In this document: positions 45,030 through 59,668 of the stretch, in pieces | Layout of the letters: each line of letters opens with the position of its first letter | Numbering within the stretch: position 1 is the stretch's first letter | Source: Chrysomallon squamiferum | Lineage: Eukaryota > Animalia > Mollusca | DNA length: 64,000 bases | NCBI GenBank assembly: GCA_012295275.1 | Contig: CM022676.1 | Coordinates: 6,758,001 to 6,822,000, forward strand | Direction of reading: 5' to 3' | Made by a program: the position numbers and the translations under genes | Notes under the pieces: model-generated | What the model was told of the DNA's origin: nothing | Databases searched by the model: none | What the model saw: only the letters and a program-made list of their open reading frames with translations

Positions 45030-46012
45030 TAACAATATTAATTGTAATAAACAGTAATAATAAATGTAATAATATACACAACAATAATAATGATAATGGT
45101 AAAATTAAATAGTTAAATTAAGTAAATAAAAGATCGATAGCGTTTCTGAAGATACATGTGATTACCATGTTAATATATATATATTTATATATATGTATGT
45201 GTGTGTGTGTGTTTTTATACGTGCATATGTTTATATAAAATGTCTATGTGTACATAGAAAAGTCAAAATTATATAAAACACAAACAAATACGTGCTATTT
45301 CGTCATATTCTCTTCATTTAGCACAAGAAATATTTTGTTTGCGCCTTCCCGTAAACAGAATAGAACATCCCATGAACTCTTGTTCCAAAACCACTGATCA
45401 AAGGTCATCGGATGTTCACAGCTGGAATAAATTTAAAAAAAGAAAAAAAAGAAAAGAATTTAGAGTCAAAACATTAGTGGACTCAGAACTCATTTGTCTT
45501 GGGCCAGCATAACGACATAACGTTGTCGATCGTAAATACTTTAAGTTTACGACATACGGATCAATAAACAACACTTGCAGCTGATAGTTACATTTTGTCC
45601 ACGTCGTGTTTTCACCTCGCAAAATCACTTGTGTAAATAAAAGCATTTTTAATTTATGTAAAGCTTTCCTGCACACAGATCAAAAGTGACTGTAAAACTG
45701 GTAAGTTCGTTCTTTCGTTCGTTCGTATCTTGATTTAATAATATATTCGTGTGTTAGGTTTGTGTGTGTGTATATGTGTGTGTGCGTGTGTGTGTCTCTC
45801 CGTCTGTCTGTCTGTGTACTTATATATTACATACAAATATATTTATTATCAGTTTTATTCATTTTTTAAATTTTATATCTGTTGACAATTGTATTTGCTT
45901 TATTCATTTATTTCATTATATTAATAACTGACTGTCTGAAATGTTAATTTATTTTCTTGAATACTTCATTTGTTTACTAATTTGTTACAATTGCTTTTGG
46001 TCCCTCTTTGCG

Positions 46013-46070
<58 letters not shown>

Positions 46071-46623
46071 TTCATAACTGTTGATGCGCAGATTAATATT
46101 GAAGGAAAACACGATACAAACAACAGATTTAGTTTGGTAAGTTAAATTTCTGGATCGAAGTGAACTGGGAAAACTAACATAACAGAGGTCAGATTTATCT
46201 TCTCTCTCACTATGTGCGCTGGAGAATTTTCCAGAAGGTTACTAATTGTATTTACAAAACAAAGTTGAGAAACCTAATGATGTCATATTTTATTGCGTAA
46301 TTACGATCGGTAATGTCAAGGTTGCTTCGTTCTGACGTCATTTATTTACTCACCTCTTTCAAATTATTTTGATATGAATCTTTTACCAACATCGGCACAA
46401 CCCAAGAACTCTGAAAAACAAACTGTATCTATTATAACTACCAAGATAATACAACAACAAAACAACAACAACAACAACAAAAAAAAAAAAACATTTACAC
46501 AAATTCCTTTCTATATTTAATAAAACGTTTATTTATTTTAAATAAAACAACATTTGGTTTGTCTGACAATCATATTTTTGCGCGCCAACAGAATGTTTAT
46601 TTTATTTTTAAATAAATATTTAT

Positions 46624-46654
<31 letters not shown>

Positions 46655-46924
46655 TAGTTTTTCATTTACTAATATTAGTAAAAAGAAAAGAAAGGCACTT
46701 TCATGGAAAATAAAACAAGGTTAATATTGTTGAATGTTTTTTTAATTAAAATACACATACTTCAGTTTCTAGTCACATAATGAACTGTGTAAATATCCGT
46801 CTGCGAGAAAAGATAAAAATATTTGAATGAGTTGACACTCGCGAATTTGTCTTCCATTGCAGTGAGGAACTGCGACTGTGTTAAAATCACGGCAAATTTA
46901 TCACGAGAAATTAAGAAATCAGTG

Positions 46925-46965
<41 letters not shown>

Positions 46966-47084
46966 TGATTAATAGCAATAATCAAATGACATCTAGAAAC
47001 GAAAACGTGATTTCTAGAATATTCTTGAAGGCCGTCTGTTATTTTATTGTTCCTGCTTTTATATACTGCTTATAAATCAACAAA

Positions 47085-47119
<35 letters not shown>

Positions 47120-47580
47120 GTCCTATGTAAATGTTTGCATTAGATTATTAATGCAGTTAACACTTGTGTATTGCATAAAACAGGCAGAATAGTTCAACAG
47201 ACTAAATCAGCGAATCCAAATGAACTTTTGTCAAATCGACTATTTCTATATTTGAATGTCTATTTCACTGACCCCATTTTCTATAAAAGTGTGTCTGAAA
47301 AGCTGTTACATGATTGTTTTTAAGATGTGTGTAACAGATTTTTCATTATGTTAACTTCAGATTTCGTACGAGTTTCTAAGAAGGTGAGGGGCGAACTTTG
47401 ACACCGAGTCTTCGCGGAATTTGTCGAGTCTTACCGAAGGAGAGCAATGCGTTTAAAATGTTTGCATAAATGATATTTAAAAAGGAAAATGGAAAACCTG
47501 TAAAATTATTTACAAAAAAAAACAAACAACAACAACACCCCCCCCCAAAAAAAACAACAACACCCAAACAAACAAAGCAA

Positions 47581-47647
<67 letters not shown>

Positions 47648-47830
47648 GCTGTTCTGTTGAGAGAGACCAATATCACGTGCAGCTTTTCTGTCTTTAATCG
47701 AACTGTTCAATGTGTCGGCTGGTATACTCACACAAATCAATCAATCAATCAATCAGATGTTTTCAAATCATCTGCACTAGAATCACGTACATATGGAAAT
47801 AGATACAATTGTAATAATTTTTCTTTTGTG

Positions 47831-48255
47831 TTTTAAGACATTTTAAACTGGAACGTTGATGTTGCTAAGAAATCATCTAAATATATTCTGAATACCTCCA
47901 AGACACCTTTTGTTCATGTTTTGCCGTCCAGTTTTAATTAATAATGAAGCATCTAACAATAAAAGAATGCATTGTGTGTCTGAAGTGGTGACGTCATCTC
48001 GTACAAGGCGAAACGATTTGTGTTTTGTTTCTTCTAGCGTTGTCATAAAAGAAAATAATACATTTATTGCCTTGACATTTACGACATGACGTCACAACGT
48101 GTGAATTGTTAAAATTGCAGCTTTAAAATATTTTGTCTTGTACAGTATTGTTTTATTATCAACCTTTGTTATGAACGCAAATAATAAAACAATAGCTTAG
48201 AAATAAACAGATTTTTAAAAATATATATATTCTTACTACATTTTTAGGGCTTTGT
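47831..48255 (+). repeat. ~430-bp direct repeat, copy 2, followed by (TTTA)n
   Basis: Shares GTTGCTAAGAAATCATCTAAATATATTCTGAATACCTC...TTTTTAGGGCTTTGTATTTA with copy 1; has only one copy of the 32-mer. Confidence 0.9.
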
Positions 48256-48371
48256 ATTTATTTATTTAGTTAGTTAGTTAGGTATTTATTTACTTACTTA
48301 TTTATTTATTATATTTATTTATTTACTTATATTTTTATTTATTTTATTTTGTATTTATTTTATTTATTTAC

Positions 48372-48430
<59 letters not shown>

Positions 48431-49816
48431 TGTATTTATTTATTTATTTACTTATTTATTTAGTTATTTACTTACTTATTTATTTATCTATTTTATTTAT
48501 TTATTTATTTATTTGTGTATGTATACTGTGTCTCAGTTACTTAGAACTGTATGTCCAGTGTTTAAAGCAGAACACTGATACATCCAAATACAACATTTTG
48601 TTACGATTCGCCCTTTGTATACTATGAAACCTTATAAACAGTAGCCTGGCGAAATATCTGATCCATAAATGGAATTTTTAAACTTGTCACAGCATGATAG
48701 CTACGAAACAAGGGCTGCAAAGTATGTGATCGAAAAAGAGAGTTAATTTACTGCTTAGACCAGCATAGTGATTGACAAGGAAAATGGTTTTATTTTCTAT
48801 TGAAAGTAATTTAATTCCGAAGGAGAAGTTATTGTATATGATGTTGTAAAACTGTTAACTGTTGTTTGAATATGTATATCTGTGTATGTGTATGTGAGTA
48901 TATATAATCTGTGTTTGTGCGTGCGTGTGTGTGTGTGTGTGTGTATGTATATATATATACACACACACATACACAGCTACATATATACATACATACAAAC
49001 ACACACATATACACACTTGTATATACTAATATAACAACATTAACTATGCTTATTATTATTATTATTATTATTATTGTTGCCATTATTATTATTATTGTTC
49101 ATTATTATTATTATTATTGTCATTATTATTATTATTATTGTCATTATTACTACTATTATTATTATTATTATTATTATTTCAGAATGAAGAAGGGGCAGAC
49201 AACTACAACTCTCTACCATCCACAAAAACAAAGCAAGTATTGATATTCTAAATATTACGACAAACTGAATTTGAATTATTAACAAAAACCTACTGAACAA
49301 TTAACAAATGCTACTGTCTGAACTATTAACGAATAGACTCATATGACTTATTAATGAAAGCAACAATATGAATGTTTAACGACAGTATTTTATTTATACA
49401 TTTTCTGTTACTGCTACTGCTACTGCTACTACTACTACTGCTACTACCACTACGACTACTACTGTAACATTATTATTATTATTACTATTCTCATTACTAC
49501 TACTATTACTACTACTACTACTACTACTAATGTAACATTGTTATTATTACTATTATCATTACTACTGCTAGTACTACTACTGCAACTACTACTGCAACTA
49601 CTACTACTATTATTCTTCTTCTTATTATTATTATTATTAATAATATTATTTTGATCGTCATCATCATTATCATTTCAGAACAGTCAAGAAGCTGATGGAA
49701 TTATGACTGAATACTGTCTACCAAAAAACTAACGAGAGAGGACGTTAATTCTTTACAACAGAGCAACTGCGCGTTCCGCCATCTTGTTTCCACGGGAGAC
49801 AATTCAAGAGATCGAA

Positions 49817-50872
49817 ATGGCGTTCGATTCTCTTACAAATTTAAAGACTTTTCTTTTGATGGTTATCGTGCTCACCGTTTTCATTCTGATCAATCTGATT
49901 TGGTCACTGGGCAACGTATATTCATTCGTTCACCTCGGTTTCATTTACGAGAGAGACGTAAACCAGGTTTCCATTGAAACCAGGAGCTTTGCTGTGATTA
50001 TGGCCAACTCATCACGTGACACAAACGTGACAAAACCAACGGCTCGCCCGGACTATTGTAAAGACTGTTTCGCTCACGATTTTCATTATATTATCCAGAA
50101 CAACGAAGTGTGTAAAACTACAAACGGAACGTCCATAGATCTTGTCGTTTGTGTGTTCACTGTTCACGGCAACGTGAAACAAAGGGAGGCAATTAGGAAA
50201 ACATGGCTGTCGGTGTCGAAGAACAATACGTCTTCTGTGAGATACGTGTTCTTGCTGGGAGAAACAAAAGACAAGAAGCAAGCAGACGATGTTGTCAAGG
50301 AAAACAACATCTACCACGACATAGTCAAAGAGTCGTTCGCCGACTCGTATCAGAATCTCACCTACAAAACCATAATGGGGTTCAAGTGGACCACGTTGTA
50401 CTGCAGCAACGCTGAGTTCGTCATGAAGACAGACGACGACATGTACGTCAACATTCCGGCTCTTCTGAAAGTCCTGTCGAAAGAAGCGACGTCGCTGCAA
50501 ACTTCTGTTTCCGGTCACTGCGTGCAGAAGGCCGAGCCAATCAGAAACGTGAAATCCAAATGGTACGCCTCGTTCCGGAGTTACCCTCGAAATTACTATC
50601 CGGGCTTCTGCTCCGGAACGGGGTACGTTACGAGCCGGGCGGTCGCGGAGAAAATTTACGCCGTATCTAAGACGATTCCGTTTTTCCATTTAGAGGATGT
50701 GTACGTAGCGCTGTGTGTTAAGAAACTTGGTTTTCAGTTAAAACACGTGACTGGTTTCCATAGCTACAGGACTAAACTGGATCCCTGCTTAATGAAGTCG
50801 GACAAAGTTGTGACTAGTCATGAAATTCCAACAGACTTCCTCTACAAAGTTCATAATGCTGTGTGTAAATAA
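49817..50872 (+). CDS. Beta-1,3-galactosyltransferase-like protein (GT31, Galactosyl_T; B3GALT1/5-like), 351 aa, single coding exon
   Basis: N-terminal type II TM segment (FLLMVIVLTVFILINLIW) and family motifs REAIRKTW, VFLLG, DSYQNLTYKT, KTDDDMYVN (DxD), YPGFCSGTGY, EDVYV. First in-frame ATG is at 49817 (the listed ORF starts at a TTG); upstream acceptor at 49678/49679. Confidence 0.93.
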   Translation: MAFDSLTNLKTFLLMVIVLTVFILINLIWSLGNVYSFVHLGFIYERDVNQVSIETRSFAVIMANSSRDTNVTKPTARPDYCKDCFAHDFHYIIQNNEVCKTTNGTSIDLVVCVFTVHGNVKQREAIRKTWLSVSKNNTSSVRYVFLLGETKDKKQADDVVKENNIYHDIVKESFADSYQNLTYKTIMGFKWTTLYCSNAEFVMKTDDDMYVNIPALLKVLSKEATSLQTSVSGHCVQKAEPIRNVKSKWYASFRSYPRNYYPGFCSGTGYVTSRAVAEKIYAVSKTIPFFHLEDVYVALCVKKLGFQLKHVTGFHSYRTKLDPCLMKSDKVVTSHEIPTDFLYKVHNAVCK

Positions 50873-51007
50873 AATATGTGATTTAAAAAAAATAATAAAA
50901 TAAAATAAAATAAAATAAAATAAAATCCGCAAAAAAAAAAAAAAAAACATTTTGCTTTCTTCTTTATTTCATCTTTTAATCACTGGTAGAGCTTATTATT
51001 ATTATTA

Positions 51008-51071
<64 letters not shown>

Positions 51072-51998
51072 TGTTATTATTGTTATTATTGTTATTGTTA
51101 TAAATGAAATATTTTTAAGATAACTTCGCAAAATGAGACCAGGTGTCTTTTTTAAAACACTTCTTGCAGAAGATTTTAAAAAAAAAAAAAATTCAGACAT
51201 TTTTTCCGCATTTTATAATTTTTGTTGTTGTGATGCCGTTCGAGCGAATTACTCGAGCACAAGAAAAACAAATCTGATATCTTAAGATATTGATCAATTT
51301 TCCCATATATCTATCATCAACATTCCTACAGACACACAAGTAAATAAATAAACTGTACGCTTCGGCCGACACTTAAGAATGAAAATACATTTCACAAACA
51401 AAAATTCAAGTCTGTTTTTTCGACATTTTTTTATTTTTTTATTTATTAATTCCTCTTGAACTGAATAAATTAAACATATATTTACAACACTGAAATAAAC
51501 ATTAATGACTATTAGCGCAGACATGAATTATTAAAAATAATAATAATAATAATAACAATAATAATATGTTGTGTATATATATATATATATATGTGTGTGT
51601 GTATGTGTGTATGTGCATCTATAAATATGTGTGTGTGTGTATACGAGTGTGTGTGTGTGTGTGTGTATGTGTATATGTGTGTGTGTGCGTGTGTCTATGT
51701 GTATATAGATATCTATTTCTGTAGGGATATTCTTCTGTACGTATGTTTGTAACTTAATATACTGTGTTTGTGTGTGTGTGTGTCTGTCTGTGTGTATGTG
51801 TGTTTATATATGCATTTATGTAGATACTAAGAATTAAATGCATCATATCGAAGGAAACGTGTTAATTAATAATATTACAATATAGACAATTACACTTTTT
51901 TATTACACATGGAAATATAATTTTTTGCATTAAAGAAATATTGCGAGTTATTTTATATACTTACGATGTATTGAACTTATATATATTCAAATATTAAG

Positions 51999-52123
<125 letters not shown>

Positions 52124-52277
52124 ATAATATTCAATTGATGTATATATAAATTATATCCATACATACACATTAATTTCGTTTATAAATTATTGAATTACAT
52201 GAACATGTATATCTGCAATAATACTTAGAATTATTCATATGTATACATAGACACGTATTCAATTTAAACGTTTATCA

Positions 52278-52314
<37 letters not shown>

Positions 52315-52773
52315 ATATATTTATACTCAGTTTTATTCTAACACACATATACAGAGACGCGTGCATACGCACGCACGTACATAGGTAATCACGCAAGTCA
52401 CCTAAGCATAATTATTGTTACATAATTAAAGATATACATTGCCAACAAATTTGACTTTGTTATTGAATTCGACTTAAAGAAGTTATTGAAAACTGTGCGT
52501 GGATTTAAGCCTGCATTCTTTTTCTTCAGTGTAAGTTCATAAAATAATCATAAGATAATCATAAAAAGGAATTAAATGTATAAATAATTATTAAATACAA
52601 AAATCGTATTACTTTTTATGTTAACGTACACAAAAATACGATAGAAGGTACAGGGGAGATCATCTAATACGTTATCGAAGAAGTTAACGAACATTTCAAG
52701 TTAGAGACATAATAACGTACTACATTACTGAAACGAGATAAGATATTTAATAAGACAACTAAAAATAATAAAA

Positions 52774-52811
<38 letters not shown>

Positions 52812-52919
52812 CATTGCACTTTTTTCTAATTCCAGTCCACGATAATAACTGAATTTCCTTCTTGATAATTTCCATGTATTGAATAACGTTGTGGAAGATA
52901 TATATAAATATAAATATAG

Positions 52920-53044
<125 letters not shown>

Positions 53045-54198
53045 GCAATTTATTTCGGTTATCTTCGTCTTTTGTTTTTGATTAATACATTTAAATTTTT
53101 TACTAATCTAATCTAATTTCATTTCAAACTAGAACCAGTCTATTATAAACTATGAAACAAGTTTCTAAGTGTACTACCATATACGATTTGCTTTGGCACG
53201 TAAGTTCCCTGCCTCCCCCCCTCTCCGCCAAAAATACAAAAACAACAACAAAAAATATATAGCACTGCATTAAGATACATTCCAACAACATAACATTTAA
53301 TAACGATTTATAACAAGACACAGTTTTGCTGAAATCCAGAAACGACTATTTTTCTGAAGTTGTAATATAAATCATTTAGTGTGAATAAATCTTTAGCGTC
53401 CAAAAAAAAAAAAAAAATTAATCAAATAAATAAAAACGATAAATAAAAGTAAATAATAAATAATAAATATAAAATAATAAAAAAAATAATAATCAAAAAA
53501 AAATAATAATAATAATATAAAAATAAAAATAAACAAACACAAAAAAAAAAAAAAAAATTAAAAAAAAAAAAAATTAAATTAAATAAACTGCTTTGTATAA
53601 TCATTTTGTGTGAATTATCCTTAAGCGTTTGAGAAATCGAATTGTTTGAATGATTTTTTAGTGTGAAATTGTGGCTAAGAAAATATTCCTTTGATTCTAG
53701 AAACAAATCTATAATATTGACTTTATCACAGTGTGGGACTTCAGTTAACTAATCATTTCATAGGAATAAATATTTAGCATAGTAAATTTTTTCTTCAAAA
53801 TACAAGTGAGATCAAAATCAGTATTTCACCATACGGACATTCTGTTTTCTAAAATGTCTTAGTGTGAAAATACCTTTAGCACAATTACTATTTTTTTACT
53901 CACACATTTTTTTGACTTTTTCACATTGTAATTCTTTAGTTATGGAAGTGTTTAGTGTGAATAGGCCTTAACTATTATCCATTTCGCCGACAAATCAACG
54001 ACTCGATGTTTTGAAAATACAAAGTATTGTCAAAATCGTTTTGTGTGAACGAACCTTTAGAGACGTTTTCTGTCTCTGGCACAGATCCATGAAATATTTT
54101 CAAAAACATAAACTGACGGTAGGAATATAAATATATTGACGTCTTCTTTTTATTCCTTTTCTTTTCTCTCCTTTATTTAAACCTGCATTTTGAGGCTC

Positions 54199-55941
54199 TC
54201 ATGCAAATCCGCTTTGTATGTTGTCGTAGTAGTAGTTGTCATTTTTCTGTCGTTTGTAATTACGGCTTTCTGTGTCCATGCGTCTTTTGTTGTTATTATT
54301 TTCTCCATACATGTTATGATAATCGTTGCTGGGACCGTAACCGTGGTAAAGATATGACGAGTTGTCGTTCATAGCATGACCCGCCCCTTTGGGAGTGGTT
54401 TCGTACATGTAGGCGTAGTCAACGTTTGGCTGACGTAAAGGAGTAGGATAAGCTTGGAAAGATGCTTGATCGTGTCTGAAATGGAAAAAAAAAGTTTTCT
54501 CTGTTATTATTGACTTTACGTTAACATTATCATACGTTATTATTTTTCGTATAACATTACGTTACACCACTTTAGTGTATGTTTTGTCGCCTGTATGCTA
54601 AGTTACGTCTTGGCGTTATATTTTTGTACTCTGCTTGTCATTAAATTATCTTACTTTTAAAACGTTACATTACGTTACTGTCTTATGTTTTGCACTAATA
54701 AGCTGGCAATTACGCTAATTTATTTTACGGTGTTTAACTTTACTTTCTTTACATTACGTTACACCGCGTTATTTTCTTTTGCGATAAGTTACGATACGTA
54801 ACTGTTTACGTTATATTATGCTACATTACGTTGTTTACGTTACGTCCTGGTCCATTACGTTCTTTATATTACGTTATACTGCCTGACATTCTTTTCTTCA
54901 CGTTATGTATTATACGTAAATCTTTACCTTACGTTATGCAACGTTACATTCCTTTACATCATGTGAAAAAACTTTACGTTATTTTTACGTTACTTACTTG
55001 CGTACTACTTTCTTTACGTCACATTAAGTGACGTTCCCTTCTTTTACGTTACGTTATTATGCATCACTTTCTATATGTCACGTTGTGTTATGTGTGTTTA
55101 ACTTCATTTAACTTTTGTTACCTAATCTATATCACTAAAACATTTATATTCATTTTATTATATGTCATTTAATTGCTATATATTTGGTACAATTAATTTT
55201 AATTATATATATGCATAATTATAAAAAATATTAAAATTTTATTTATTTATTTATTTAAATATTTATCTGTTTGTTTGTTTGTTTGTATGTTTATTTATTT
55301 GATAATTTGTTTGTTTATTTGTTTGTTTGCTTAATAATTTATGTATTTAGACTCGCTACTTCAATTAAAAACAACACAAACGAAACTTACATCCTGCTGA
55401 CTGACATAGAAGCGTCGTTTCCTCCCAAAGGCTGTCGTGGCTGATTCGGCCCAACCCATTCTTGAGAAACCCCGCCTTCATTAGACACGCCCACGTTGGA
55501 GCTCATTGATACCGGAGCCAGTACGGGCCGGCCTCCAGCATCTAACATCTGCGATCCTGATGTGTACACCTAAAACAGTCAATCATACGTTTACAGTATT
55601 AATCAATAAAAACTCCGCCTCCATTGGACACGCCCACATCGGAGTTCCTTAATGCCGGTGCTTGTACGGACCTGCCTGTGAGTTACTGGATTAATCAATA
55701 AAATAAAGAGACAGCATTAGGGGCGCTTACAATGCTAGTTTCTGAAAAAAAAAAGCTCAGCCTCATATTGTGTCTATGGTGAGTCGCGATTAAAATAAAT
55801 AAATAAATAAATAAATAAAATTCTGTTATTCCGTAATATCATTCTTGATAATACTATTATACTGGCGGCCTGTCAGATCATTTTCTTTCGACCTTCTTAT
55901 GTTAATAATAATAATCATAATAGTAAGTTACAGTAGTAGTA

Positions 55942-55994
<53 letters not shown>

Positions 55995-56487
55995 CATAAT
56001 CATAATAGTAAGTTATAGTAATAATAATAATAATAACAACAACAATAACATTAATAATAATAATAATAATGACAAAAATGAATATGATGATGATGAAAGC
56101 AATAGTATTGTTACTATATCATCATCATCATAATTGGTGCTTAGTTTATACATAACTGTGATTCAGAATTACAAAAAATGTGTTAAAATGTTAATTTCAA
56201 AGACTAGTACAATCAACATACCTGTCCTGCTGGCATCGAGAACGCACCGGAAACCGCAGGAAGTTGAGTATGAGTTTTCTCCCCTGGCTGTGAATTCGAG
56301 TACGTCGACGGAAATGGATTGCAGTTAGGATACAATGTCGTGACGCTGTAAACGTAACAACAAATAAATTAATTAATTAATTAATTAATTAAAATAAAAT
56401 AAAATAAAATTCATCATGCAGCAATATAATTTATTTTTAAATAGTTTTTGAATGTTATTAATAGACAGATAGGAAATTTGAATTGTA

Positions 56488-56535
<48 letters not shown>

Positions 56536-56779
56536 GCTGTAGTTGTTATTATTGTTATTATTATTATTATTATTGCTGTAGTTGTTATTATTGTTATTAT
56601 TATTGTTATTATTATTATTGTTGTTGTTGTTATTCTAATTATTATTAGTAGTATTAAAATTGGTAATATTCATCAGCAATATAATTTATTTGTAAATAGT
56701 TTTTGAATGTTATTAATAGACAGATAGGAAATTTGAATTGTAGTTATTGTTATTGTTATTATTATTATTATTATTGTTA

Positions 56780-56814
<35 letters not shown>

Positions 56815-57311
56815 GCTGTAGTTGTTATTATTGTTATAATTATTGTTATCATTATTATTGTTGTTGTTATTATTATAATTATTAGTAGTAGTATTAAAAT
56901 TAGTAATATTCATCTGACAATTTATTTTCCCTTTCATTCAATTTGTTGAAGTAAAAGATTATTTATGTTAGAAAAAAAATGAGAGAGCTGCTCTCTTTAA
57001 CATGAAACTAAAATATCTCAGTTGTTTCCCTTTAAACCAGAACTTACCTATTTCTTTCTGACGTCATGGGACAGCTTCTTCCAGAATCAAACAACAATTT
57101 GTCTGGATGATGTAGAGCGGGTGACGTCATGTCTATGTTTGCTTCATATTCTGGAAAGATTTGAAATAATTATAAATAAAGTTTATAAATGTAATCAGAT
57201 CGAAAGTTGTTGTTTGTGGAGGTGTGTGTGTGCGTGCGTGAATATGAATGTAGTGTAATGTTATTTGTAAATATTTTATTTTATTTATTTATTTACATTT
57301 TTAATTATTTA

Positions 57312-57364
<53 letters not shown>

Positions 57365-58929
57365 ATGATATTTCATTATATTATATTTTAATTTATTTTA
57401 TTTTGTTATTTATTATTATTATTATTCCCCCTTCCCTTATGGAACATAAATGACCAATACCAACTCGGGTAACTAACCTAACTGACCAATCGTATGGCGA
57501 GAGACTGAGATGTCGGAATCTCGGCTTTGTTCGTGTAATTCCGGCAGTGTGTTCTCGTTGTGGTGAATTAGATTTCTTTTGATCATGTCTGGATCGGGAA
57601 GAATAATTTCTTCTATGTCAACTAAGAACAAGAAATGTAATATAATATAATATAATATAATATAATATAATATAATATAATATAATATAATGTACAAATA
57701 AATGATAATATAAGAAATAAATATAAACAAATAGTGTGAATAGATCATTAAAATAAAAATGAAACAAATTTTCAGATAAATAAAGAAATAAAGAAACAAA
57801 CTGCTAATAAATAATAATTAATAAATAAACAAATAAACAAACAAATAAATAATTAAATAAATAAATAAATAAACAAACAAACACATAAATAAATAAATCA
57901 ATAAATAAATAAATAAACAAACAGATAAATAAATAAATAAATAAATAAACAAAAGATAAACAAACTAATGAATAAACAAACAAATAACTGAACTATCAAA
58001 CAAACAAATAAATCTATAAATTAATAAATAAATAAACCAACCAACCAACCAACCAACCAACCAACCAACCAACCAACCAACCAACCAACCAACAAACAAA
58101 CAAACAAACAAACAAACAAACAAACAAACAAACAATTAAATAAATAAATAAAAAAATAAATTACCTTGAGCCTGTTCGCCTCTGATGTGTCTGAGGTATT
58201 CGTTAGCTCGTTCCTGGTTGTGGATGTTTTCAACCAGGTACAACACGTAATCATCAAACATCAGGTGCAGCAGATGAAACGAACCTGGAAAACAATAAAG
58301 AACAACGATTGAAATAACGATGCCATAAAAGAAAAAAAAGAAAAAAAAAGAAGATGATGAAGATAAAAAAGAAGAAGAAGAAGAAGAAGAAGAAATTGAA
58401 GAAGAAGATGATGATGATGATGAAGATACGAAGATGAAGAAAAACAGAAAGACGACGAAGAAAACAAAACAAAAAACAAAAAGCAAAAACAAATTAATGT
58501 CACAAGGGAAATAACTCTAACCGAAACTGGGGGCGCTGTGAAGGGTCATGTCGCGAATGATTCTCGTTCCAAAACAGGACCACATCAAAAGAAATTGTCG
58601 AGCGATTCGGCGAAGACATCCCGGCTTACGAAAACTTGGCTGAAATTAAACACACAGAATTATAAAAACTCATTCCTTACAATCTTTTATATGTATGGAT
58701 ATAAGGTGAAAAATGATAACGATGAAGACGAAGAAGAAATGAAAACAGGAATAAATAAATAGAGAAATGCACTAGAATATAATTCAGTTCGATAAAGTAT
58801 GGACGCTGAAGGATAGATTGTCAGACATCAGACAGACAAACAGACAGAGAGACAGACAAGCAGACGCACACAGATATACAGATAAGTGGATGGAATGACA
58901 CTTAAACCATACATAAACATACATACAGT

Positions 58930-58982
<53 letters not shown>

Positions 58983-59594
58983 TTTGTTATTTTGTTATTA
59001 TTATTATTATTGTTATTATTGTTGTTGTTATTGTTGTTGTTTTTGATGATGATGATGATGATGTCACAGATGTAGTAGTAGTAACAGTAACTGCTGTAAC
59101 TGTTACTCTTGTTATTTACGCAACACATTTACGTTACCGTATTTCCCTTTCGTTACGATCTCGCGTATTGCATTTAAATAAGGGAGATAACTCGTGCTTA
59201 CCTGCACTACACATCTGTCAACCATGCTGTCCAGCCATTCAATGTATGCCTCCATGGGCGCCTGTTCTTCTAGAAGCTTCTCAAATTCTGTACACACTGA
59301 AATGGTAAAATATATACCATTACTATATTAAATATTTATGAGAGACTATTTTTAAAATAATCACGTGACAGCATAGTTAAAAATAGTGCTATGAAATAAT
59401 CGTTAGATGGTGCGATACTATTGTTCGACATTTCGAAGTTTTTATTTTTTTAAATTTTATTTCTTATACGTTATTAAGAAACGTGAATGCATTTGTGTAG
59501 ATGTGTTTGTATGTGTCACCGTAGTGGTGTATATGTCTATGCCTGACAATTTTCGTTTGTTCGAATTAGTGTGTGCTGACGTCTAATTCTCTGT

Positions 59595-59668
<74 letters not shown>

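Noticed and set aside
50012-50689. 225-aa antisense ORF over the galactosyltransferase
   Set aside because: Antisense shadow; the sense frame carries all the GT31 motifs.
49817-50872. Intronless CDS as a retrocopy or horizontal transfer
   Set aside because: A single coding exon is normal for animal B3GALT genes, and an upstream splice acceptor is present.
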